Assembly: GCA_944363855.1 (NCBI GenBank)
Contig: CALVVM010000035.1
Location: 1 to 49,898 of the forward strand
Length of the DNA: 49,898 bases
Origin: an uncultured Bacilli bacterium
GTDB lineage: Bacteria > Bacillota_I > Bacilli_A > RF39 > UBA660
Reading direction: 5' to 3'
Position numbers and translations under genes: made by a program
Notes under the pieces: model-generated
Database searches by the model: none
What the model was told of the DNA's origin: nothing
The model's input: the letters and a program-made list of their open reading frames with translations, nothing else
Part shown: positions 43,369 to 49,898 of the stretch, piece after piece
How positions within the stretch are numbered: the first letter of the stretch is position 1
Layout of the letters: every line of letters begins with the position of its first letter

Positions 43369-43395
43369 ATAAACTTAAAAGTTTATCTTTTTTTA
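43367..43395 (+). terminator. rho-independent terminator
   Basis: AGATAAAC (43367-43374) / GTTTATCT (43381-43388) followed by T7. Confidence 0.65.
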
Positions 43396-43419
43396 TGTTA
43401 TAATATTGTTGGTAATCTC

Positions 43420-43827
43420 ATGTTAAAAGTAGTAGGAACAATATTTATCAAAGATAATAAATTACTTTTAGATAAACCTGGAAGAAGACCAACTTATCAA
43501 ATGGTAGGTGGTAAAGTAGAAGAAAGTGAAACTGTACTTGAAGCTGCTATAAGAGAATGTCATGAAGAATTAGGTAGTAGAGCAATATTTGATGAAACTA
43601 AGTTTGAATTAGTTATGGACTTTGTAGAAACTGCTACTAGTGATCCTAATTTAAAAATTCATTTTCACCTTTTCAACTATACAGATAATTTAAAAGGTGA
43701 ACTTACTACTTCAGAAGAAATAGAAGATTTTATTTGGTATGATACAACTATGAAAGATATACCATTATCACACGTTCTAAACAATAAAGTAATACCTTAT
43801 TGTTTAGATAAAAAAATAATAAAATAG
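43420..43827 (+). CDS. Nudix hydrolase
   Basis: Nudix box GGKVEESETVLEAAIRECHEELG. Confidence 0.8.
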   Translation: MLKVVGTIFIKDNKLLLDKPGRRPTYQMVGGKVEESETVLEAAIRECHEELGSRAIFDETKFELVMDFVETATSDPNLKIHFHLFNYTDNLKGELTTSEEIEDFIWYDTTMKDIPLSHVLNNKVIPYCLDKKIIK

Positions 43828-43830
43828 GAA

Positions 43831-46053
43831 GTGTATACAGTGAAAGATTTTGTAAAAGGAGTATTTAGACAATCTATATTTAGAAGCGAAAAGGGCTATA
43901 TAATAGGTCTTTTAAAAGTGTTTGAAACTAACATTGTAGAGATGCAAGAATATGTTAATAAAACCATAACTTTTACAGGATATTTTGCTGACTTAAATGA
44001 AAATGAAAAATATATAATGTATGGAGAAATAACTAATCATCCTAAATATGGATTTCAGTTTAATGTAAGTGATAGTGAAAGAATAAAACCTGATGATAAA
44101 GATGGAATAGTAGAGTTTTTATCAAGTGATTTATTTAAAGGTATTGGAGAAAAAATGGCTATTAGAATAGTAGAAACTTTAGGAGAAGAAGCACTCGATT
44201 TAATTCTTAAAGATAAAACTTGTTTATATCAAGTACCAAAACTATCTGAAGCTAAGATTGATATAATACACGATACACTAGTTAAATACGAAGAATCACA
44301 TGAAACAATAGTAAAATTAACTGAACTAGGATTTACTATGAGGGATGCTTTAAGCATTTATAATACATATAAAAGTAATACTATTAGAATAATTGAAAAT
44401 GATATATATAAAATAATAGATGATGTAGAAGAAATAAATTTTATAAAAGTAGATGAAATAGCTACAACCTTAAACGAAGATAAACTTAATTTAAGTAGAA
44501 TTAAAGCTTGCATAGTTTATACAATTAAAGAGTTAAGTTTTAAAAAAGGAGATACTTATCTATCTTATGGTGAAATATATGAAGGTATTAGTTATTATTT
44601 AAAAACTGATATAGATAGTACTTTATTTGATGAATCAATAAGTGAATTAGATGGAGAATTAAAAATAAAAATAGAGGATGATAAATATTATCTTTTTGAA
44701 GATTATGATGCTGAAGAATATATTGCTGATAAAATAAATTATTTAATAAATAAAAAAGTAACAACTTATAAAAATATTGATATGCGTATTAAAGAATTAG
44801 AAGATAAGTACGGAATAGAGTATAGTGATAAACAAAAAGAAGCTATTATAAAAGCTTTGGAAAATAACATACTAATAATAACTGGTGGTCCTGGAACAGG
44901 TAAAACTACAATAATAAAAGCAATAGTCGAACTTTATAAAACTTTAAATAAGTTTACAGATAAAGATTTAATAAGTAATATAGCTCTACTCGCACCTACA
45001 GGAAGAGCTAGTAAAAGAATGAGTGAATCTACACTAATTCCTGCTTCAACTATTCATAGATTTTTAAAATGGAATAAGGAAACGGATGAGTTTTTGATAA
45101 ATGAATATAATCCTGATTATTCTAATTTAGTAATAGTGGATGAAGTAAGTATGATAGATAATAGGCTTATGAATAGTTTACTTAGAGGACTTACAAATAA
45201 TATAAAGTTAGTACTTGTTGGAGATTATAACCAATTACCTAGTGTAGGAAGTGGTAATGTTTTAAAGGATTTAATAGATAGTGATATTGTTGATACTGTA
45301 GAACTAGATTTACTTTATAGACAAGATGAATATAGTTATATACCAGTACTTGCTAATGAAATAAAAAATGAAACACTAGAAGAAGATTTCTTAATTGATA
45401 GAGATGATTATAAGTTCTTAGAATGTCATAGTGATGTTATTATTCCTAGTTTAATAAATATTGTTAAAAAAGTAATAAGTAAAGGGTATGACTATAAAAG
45501 AGTACAGTTAATGGCTCCTATGTATGCAGGAGTAAATGGAATAGATAATATCAATAAAGTACTTCAAGATGTATTTAATCCAGTAGAATTAAATAAAAAA
45601 GAATTAAAATATGGAGATGTAATATATAGAGAAAATGATAAGATATTACAACTAGTAAATGATCCTGATAACAATGTTTTTAATGGTGATATAGGTATTA
45701 TTAAAAATATTGAATTTAAAGGAAAAAGTGGTAAATCAGAAATGACAATTGATTATGATTCTAATATAGTTACATACACTTCAAAAGATTTTAATAAATT
45801 TAAACATGGATTTATTATAAGTATACATAAATCACAAGGTAGTGAATTTGAACTAGTTATTATGCCTGTAAGTAGTTCATATAAAAGAATGCTTTATAAA
45901 AAACTTATTTATACTGCAGTAACCCGTGCTAAAAAAAGACTAATTATAATAGGCGAACCTATGGCATTTATGTATGGAATAAGAAATAATAATGAAATAC
46001 AAAGAAAGACAGGACTTTTAGAAAAAATGTTAAATAATTTGAATAAAAAGTAA
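43831..46053 (+). CDS. recD2: ATP-dependent RecD-like DNA helicase RecD2 (YrrC-like)
   Basis: Walker A GGPGTGKTT, VDEVSMID, LVGDYNQLPSVG and SIHKSQGSEF. 740 aa. GTG start. Confidence 0.85.
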   Translation: MYTVKDFVKGVFRQSIFRSEKGYIIGLLKVFETNIVEMQEYVNKTITFTGYFADLNENEKYIMYGEITNHPKYGFQFNVSDSERIKPDDKDGIVEFLSSDLFKGIGEKMAIRIVETLGEEALDLILKDKTCLYQVPKLSEAKIDIIHDTLVKYEESHETIVKLTELGFTMRDALSIYNTYKSNTIRIIENDIYKIIDDVEEINFIKVDEIATTLNEDKLNLSRIKACIVYTIKELSFKKGDTYLSYGEIYEGISYYLKTDIDSTLFDESISELDGELKIKIEDDKYYLFEDYDAEEYIADKINYLINKKVTTYKNIDMRIKELEDKYGIEYSDKQKEAIIKALENNILIITGGPGTGKTTIIKAIVELYKTLNKFTDKDLISNIALLAPTGRASKRMSESTLIPASTIHRFLKWNKETDEFLINEYNPDYSNLVIVDEVSMIDNRLMNSLLRGLTNNIKLVLVGDYNQLPSVGSGNVLKDLIDSDIVDTVELDLLYRQDEYSYIPVLANEIKNETLEEDFLIDRDDYKFLECHSDVIIPSLINIVKKVISKGYDYKRVQLMAPMYAGVNGIDNINKVLQDVFNPVELNKKELKYGDVIYRENDKILQLVNDPDNNVFNGDIGIIKNIEFKGKSGKSEMTIDYDSNIVTYTSKDFNKFKHGFIISIHKSQGSEFELVIMPVSSSYKRMLYKKLIYTAVTRAKKRLIIIGEPMAFMYGIRNNNEIQRKTGLLEKMLNNLNKK

Positions 46054-46122
46054 AAAAACACTAAAAATATAAATGTATATATTAGTTTATATACAACTTC
46101 ATATTTCTAGTGAGGTGATAGA

Positions 46123-46275
46123 ATGAAAGTTTTAAGGTCAATGGCACTTATTGCTATGGGTGCTGGTGCAGTACTAGCTTATCAGAAATATAGTGAGCCA
46201 GTAATGCAAAAATTAGAAGATTTAGCCGAAGATACGATGCAAAAGGCTACAAAAAAACTAGAAGATATGATGTAA
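46123..46275 (+). CDS. small membrane-anchored protein (50 aa), not in the supplied ORF track
   Basis: RBS GAGGTGA at 46112-46118 and ATG 46123. Encodes MKVLRSMALIAMGAGAVLAYQKYSEPVMQKLEDLAEDTMQKATKKLEDMM. Followed by a 15-bp-stem terminator. Confidence 0.45.
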   Translation: MKVLRSMALIAMGAGAVLAYQKYSEPVMQKLEDLAEDTMQKATKKLEDMM

Positions 46276-46278
46276 TAG

Positions 46279-46314
46279 AAATGCTATTGGTAAAAATTAC
46301 CAATAGCATTTTTA
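46279..46314 (+). terminator. strong rho-independent terminator
   Basis: Perfect 15-bp stem AAATGCTATTGGTAA (46279-46293) / TTACCAATAGCATTT (46297-46311), loop AAA, T-rich tail. Confidence 0.8.
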
Positions 46315-46344
46315 TATAAAAAATTAAAAAAAGTTGTATAATAA

Positions 46345-46388
46345 AAATGGAAATACTAGCCTAGTGATACAATAAAGTATTTCCATTT
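46345..46388 (+). other. 13-bp-stem hairpin just downstream of a TATAAT box (possible small transcript, terminator or att-associated structure)
   Basis: AAATGGAAATACT (46345-46357) / AGTATTTCCATTT (46376-46388) with an 18-nt loop. TATAAT at 46337-46342. T-rich sequence after the stem. Confidence 0.35.
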
Positions 46389-46569
46389 ATTTTATATTTT
46401 GCGAACTATTATATTGCGTGTAATTCTTAATTGTAACACATGTAATTTTTTTTCTAACGAAAATGTATACTATTGTAAAACAAAGTGAATAAAATATTTT
46501 TTTTTGAAAAAACTATTTTTAAAGCAGTCGATATTGTAGTATTTAGTAGAATAGAAAGTAGGGAAATAT

Positions 46570-47685
46570 ATGTCTAAAAGAGGAGAAAACATTTATAAAA
46601 GAAAAGATGGAAGATTTGAAGCAAGATATGTTAAAGAAAGAGATATAAATGATGAGATTGTAAAATATGGTTATGTGTATGGTAAAACTTATACAGAAGC
46701 TAAATTAAAAAAACAAAAAGCAATGGAAAATATCAATGAAATCAGAAAAAAAGAGAAAGAACTTGCTTTAAAGAAATTTAATAGTTCTATCTTTGCTTGG
46801 TTAAATGCAAAAATATCAATAAAAGAAACTACATATTATAATTACTATACTATTATTGAATCTAAAATAAATCCATATTTTAAAAATATAAAATTAAGAG
46901 ATGTAAAAGATATACATGTTGTTAATTTTACTAGAAAACTTATGGAAGAAGGATTAAGTAATAAGAGAATTAAAGATATTCTTCTTATATTAAAACAATT
47001 CTTTAAATATGAAAAAATGGATATTAATATTATATATCCTAAAGTACCTAAAAATCTTATAGTTACATTCAAAGAAGAAGAAGTTCAAATAGTGGAAGAA
47101 AACTTACTTGATAGTAATAATATGAGAGAATTTGGTATTGTGTTTGTATTGTTTACCGGACTTAGAATTGGTGAGTTGTGTGCTTTGCAATGGAAAGATG
47201 TTGATCTAGAAAAACAAATTATTAGAGTTAGAAAAACATTAGCTCGTATTAAAAGCAAAGAAAAAGGTAGATTAAAAACTGAAGTAATAATTGATACTCC
47301 AAAAACAGAGACTTCTGTGAGAGATGTACCAATACACGATGATCTTATGCCTTATTTAAGAAAATTAAAAGCTAATAATAATGAAGAATATTTTATTCTT
47401 ACTAATACTAATAGATTTGTTACTAATAATCAATATTATAATTATTATATAAATATGTTAAAAAAATTAAATATTGAAAAACATAGTTTCCATACACTAA
47501 GGCATACGTTTGCTACAAGAGCTCTTTTAAATGGTGTAGATATCAAAACATTAAGTGAGATTTTAGGGCATTCAAGCGTTAAAATAACACTTGATAGATA
47601 TGTACATGTGAAAAAAGAAGAAAAACTAATGCAAATTAACAAACTGCCTTTATTATCTAAAAGACAGTTTATTAATCAATTATAG
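46570..47685 (+). CDS. tyrosine-type site-specific integrase (phage/ICE type with an N-terminal arm-binding-like domain)
   Basis: N-terminus GENIYKRKDGRFEARYV. Catalytic residues in TGLRIGELCAL (R), HTLRHTFAT (HxxR) and LGHSSVKITLDRYVHV (H, Y). Confidence 0.85.
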   Translation: MSKRGENIYKRKDGRFEARYVKERDINDEIVKYGYVYGKTYTEAKLKKQKAMENINEIRKKEKELALKKFNSSIFAWLNAKISIKETTYYNYYTIIESKINPYFKNIKLRDVKDIHVVNFTRKLMEEGLSNKRIKDILLILKQFFKYEKMDINIIYPKVPKNLIVTFKEEEVQIVEENLLDSNNMREFGIVFVLFTGLRIGELCALQWKDVDLEKQIIRVRKTLARIKSKEKGRLKTEVIIDTPKTETSVRDVPIHDDLMPYLRKLKANNNEEYFILTNTNRFVTNNQYYNYYINMLKKLNIEKHSFHTLRHTFATRALLNGVDIKTLSEILGHSSVKITLDRYVHVKKEEKLMQINKLPLLSKRQFINQL

Positions 47686-47725
47686 TTTTTTACATACAAA
47701 AAAATATTAGTCATTCTAACTGATG

Positions 47726-47762
47726 CACTAAACAAAGTACTAATTTAGTACTTTGTTTAGTG
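47726..47762. terminator. 16-bp hairpin between convergent integrase and sspI
   Basis: CACTAAACAAAGTACT (47726-47741) / AGTACTTTGTTTAGTG (47747-47762). The right arm overlaps the last codons of sspI. Confidence 0.5.
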
Positions 47763-47946
47763 TTTGTAAAATGTAATCTTTTTTGGTATTATCTGAATTA
47801 TTCCAAAGTATTTCAAAAAATACACCAAGTCCTGGAAGAGTTATTTCTTCTCTTTCATATATAGATTTTTCTATTGCTTTTTTTATTTCATCTATGTTTA
47901 AATCTTCAAAATTAGCTTTAATACTTTTTCTAATATCTATTTCCAT
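47740..47946 (-). CDS. sspI: small acid-soluble spore protein SspI-like
   Basis: 68 aa. The central ITLPGLGVFFEILW resembles the SspI LPGLGVLFE..W motif as I recall it. RBS GAGAGGAG. Confidence 0.6.
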   Translation of the reverse strand: MEIDIRKSIKANFEDLNIDEIKKAIEKSIYEREEITLPGLGVFFEILWNNSDNTKKDYILQTLNKVLN

Positions 47947-48331
47947 AAGATTCTCCTCTCATAATAAAGTCAAGTATTTTCTATACAAAACTTTATAAAA
48001 TTTTTATATTTTTTATTCAAACTAGTTATTTTACTAGTTTTTATCATTATTTATATTAAATTTTTGCATAATGAAAACTGTTAACATAGTCATTTTTTTA
48101 AATTTTGTTAACTTAATTATTATATTTATAATTAAGTGGACTATTAGCCAATGTGTTTTTCATATATGCTTATCCTCTCATTTCATTCTGTATTGATAAT
48201 CTTTGTTATCTACTTAAACTCTTTAATACGGCATTATATGAAACTGGCCTTGGTGATTCTTTCACTCTAGATCAAGTCCTATGGAGAACTTTACCAAATT
48301 CCACTTTCACATAATATCACTAATCTATCTC

Positions 48332-48387
48332 TAGTTTAGTGAATTAAAACAACAAACTTACACTCATTATCTTAATTCACTAAACTA
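48332..48387. repeat. 16-bp perfect inverted repeat immediately downstream of the IS110 transposase stop
   Basis: TAGTTTAGTGAATTAA (48332-48347) / TTAATTCACTAAACTA (48372-48387) with a 24-nt loop. Confidence 0.7.
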
Positions 48388-48402
48388 AAGTTAATGATAT
48401 TA

Positions 48403-49656
48403 TTAATTAAAACTTATGCAACTTTCTCTTATTGCTTTTTCTTCATCAAATGAATTTCCACTTTTTACTATAGCCATAAGTATATACATAAATTTTCTTA
48501 TTATTGCATTTATTGAAATCAATTTTGTTAACGGATGTTCTCTTTGTGTGGTATAATAGTTATGCAATTGCAGGAAGAAATTATTTTTCCCTACGAGACA
48601 GATGCCTATTTGTTTTAAATTACGTCTTAATTTAGAACGACCTCGTTTGGAAATGTGTTTCTTTCCTTTTTTTTGACCGCTTGAACTTTCTTTAAGACTT
48701 AATCCACTCATCTTTAACACCTGTTTTGCATGTTCATAATTATTTAAATTTCCTGTTTCTGCAATAATTCCTACCATACTCATATATCCTATACCTGTTA
48801 TTTCAACTGCTTTTTCTACATAGTCAATTTGACTTGCTAATTCTATTAATTCTTTTTCATATTCTTCTAATTCATTAAGCAATCCATTAAATCTTTCGTA
48901 TAGTCTTTTTATTTCCTTTTTTGTAAAAGCATCCGAATTTATTCCATTACTTTTCTCACACAATTCTTTCAATTTCATAATTCTTTTTTTATTTGCTCGA
49001 CTATTATCTTTAGTCATTATTTCATTAAAGTTTTCTAATGTCATATTTTTAATTTCATTAGGTAATAATTGATTCTCATAGATAGGTTTAATTCCAACAG
49101 TATCTATCTTATATACTTTTTCCACTTCTGGAAAATATTTATCATTCCATACATGAATTTTATTCCTTATTCGATTTATTTCTTTTTGAATATCTTCATA
49201 AATACTGTATCCTGAATATATATTTTGATATAATTCATCTCTTTCAATAGGTTTAACATATTTACCTTCACTAGTAAGCCTAGCTATTAATAACGCATCT
49301 TTTGGATCACTTTTAGTTGGATTTTGATCATGCATTTCCTTAGCTTGTTTTACTGTGTATGTAGGCATTAAAACCGTTTCTTGACCACAATCTTTAAAAT
49401 ATTTATCAATATTTAACCAATAGTGCCCTGTTGGCTCAAAAGATATAATTACATCTGTTTTATTTTCATTATACATCGCTGCTGTTATTTGACAACCTAT
49501 TACATCAAGATTTTCTGTTTTATCAAACCAAACTTTGTGATACACCTCCAATCCTCTGTAATCGCAGAATCTTGCACAACACTTTGTTTTTCCTATATCA
49601 ATTCCACATATCAAAGTATCTGGTGTGATTCTTTCGATTTTTTCATTAACTCTCAT
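48403..49656 (-). CDS. IS110-family DEDD transposase/recombinase
   Basis: N-terminal RuvC-like motifs ICGIDIGKTK, ISFEPTGHYW and KSDPKDALLIARL. C-terminal ITGIGYMSMVGIIAETG and HISKRGRSKLRRNL. RBS AGGAGG. Confidence 0.85.
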   Translation of the reverse strand: MRVNEKIERITPDTLICGIDIGKTKCCARFCDYRGLEVYHKVWFDKTENLDVIGCQITAAMYNENKTDVIISFEPTGHYWLNIDKYFKDCGQETVLMPTYTVKQAKEMHDQNPTKSDPKDALLIARLTSEGKYVKPIERDELYQNIYSGYSIYEDIQKEINRIRNKIHVWNDKYFPEVEKVYKIDTVGIKPIYENQLLPNEIKNMTLENFNEIMTKDNSRANKKRIMKLKELCEKSNGINSDAFTKKEIKRLYERFNGLLNELEEYEKELIELASQIDYVEKAVEITGIGYMSMVGIIAETGNLNNYEHAKQVLKMSGLSLKESSSGQKKGKKHISKRGRSKLRRNLKQIGICLVGKNNFFLQLHNYYTTQREHPLTKLISINAIIRKFMYILMAIVKSGNSFDEEKAIRESCISFN

Positions 49657-49762
49657 AACATCATCCTCCTAGAATAATTTTATCAAATTTTGTATAACTT
49701 GACTTACCTAGTTTTTATTATAAGAGTCTTTCTTATCAATGTCCGATATTAAGGACATTTTA

Positions 49763-49791
49763 AATATAACACCGTCCGAAAATATTGTCAA
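49763..49791 (-). promoter_or_regulatory. sigma-A-like promoter inside the IS upstream end (TTGACA-N17-TATATT on the minus strand)
   Basis: Reverse complement of 49786-49791 is TTGACA and of 49763-49768 is TATATT, with a 17-nt spacer. It would give a ~100-nt structured leader before the transposase ATG. Confidence 0.4.
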
Positions 49792-49898
49792 TACATTTTG
49801 ACCGAAAAACTAGACGTTTAAACAAAAACGTGGTAAAATTAAATTATCGAGAGAAAAAAAGGAGAAAGAAGTGTTATAATGAACTCAGAAGAACTTAA

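Larger units (their letters stand above)
48330..49830 (-). mobile_element. IS110-family insertion sequence (boundaries approximate)
   Basis: Single DEDD transposase ORF with ~170 nt of structured upstream and ~70 nt of downstream non-coding sequence. No terminal inverted repeats, as expected for IS110. The ends could not be fixed from one copy. Confidence 0.45.

Noticed and set aside
218-47685. The idea that the T4SS cluster and the integrase at 46570 delimit one large ICE
   Set aside because: The intervening 22 kb holds single-copy housekeeping and sporulation genes (rnr, smpB, spoVG, greA, queA, miaA, recD2), which is incompatible with mobile-element cargo.
2644-49677. About 27 ORFs of 60-134 aa in the track that lie antisense to longer genes (2644-2922, 3716-3904, 4360-4659, 10949-11206, 16723-16983, 17415-17606, 18625-18864, 21518-21739, 22110-22376, 23685-24089, 26841-27059, 33513-33701, 34441-34752, 34844-35080, 35896-36078, 36995-37246, 37860-38054, 38178-38495, 39675-39869, 40215-40547, 42360-42572, 42882-43136, 46845-47072, 47445-47642, 47783-47998, 49423-49677) or in the same direction out of frame (35287-35475)
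   Set aside because: Each is fully embedded in a longer ORF that has recognisable motifs. They lack Shine-Dalgarno sequences and have low-complexity or Ile/Phe/Ser-rich composition, as expected from reading AT-rich coding DNA in the wrong frame.
49879-49898. ATG 49879 (MNSEEL...) after a TGGTAAAAT box and AAGGAG, possibly the start of the next plus-strand gene
   Set aside because: Only 6 codons fall in the window, and the AAGGAG-to-ATG spacing (about 14 nt) is poor.
1-49898. CRISPR arrays, rRNA, tRNA, riboswitches and T-boxes
   Set aside because: No regularly spaced direct repeats, no GGTTCGAATCC-type T-arm motifs, and no long structured leaders were seen. All intergenic regions are short and are explained by promoters and terminators.

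Overview
Very AT-rich (roughly 27-30% GC by eye) chromosomal segment from a spore-forming monoderm Bacillota. The lineage guess rests on spoVG-yabP-yabQ-divIC, gerQ, sspI and a B. subtilis yrr-like gene order, which suggest a low-GC Bacilli/Erysipelotrichales-like organism. No rRNA, tRNA, tmRNA or CRISPR array was seen. The window has three parts. (1) 218-24216 holds 27 co-oriented, tightly packed or overlapping genes. They combine a Tad/Flp-type pilus assembly module with a Gram-positive type IV secretion/conjugation-like module. The Tad module comprises a CpaB-like protein, a TadA/CpaF ATPase, TadB- and TadC-like proteins, a small pilin-like protein, two pseudopilin-like proteins and a TadZ-like protein. 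The T4SS module comprises a TcpH/VirB6-like protein, a PrgI/VirB3-like protein, a VirB4 split into two ORFs, a CHAP hydrolase, an M23+lysozyme hydrolase and a VirD4 coupling protein. Four tandem paralogues of a small two-helix, Cys-bearing protein with VirB2/TrbC-like topology lie between the two modules. No relaxase, replication gene or recombinase lies in the cluster or on its right flank. (2) 24274-46275 is housekeeping: rhodanese, rmuC, rnr, capA-like, smpB, spoVG, yabP, yabQ, divIC, lemA, gerQ, pduL, a U32 peptidase pair, greA, an esterase, queA, a kinase-like protein, miaA, a CofE-like protein, a Nudix protein and recD2. Two further, larger paralogues carrying the same VirB2-like module are dispersed in this part (26811-28022 and 34848-35855). 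(3) 46570-49898 is an accessory edge with a tyrosine integrase, sspI and an IS110-family element with structured non-coding ends. The main candidate for a novel system is the relaxase-less Tad + T4SS + multi-pilin locus together with its dispersed paralogues. All functional calls come from motif and architecture recognition by eye. No database search was run.
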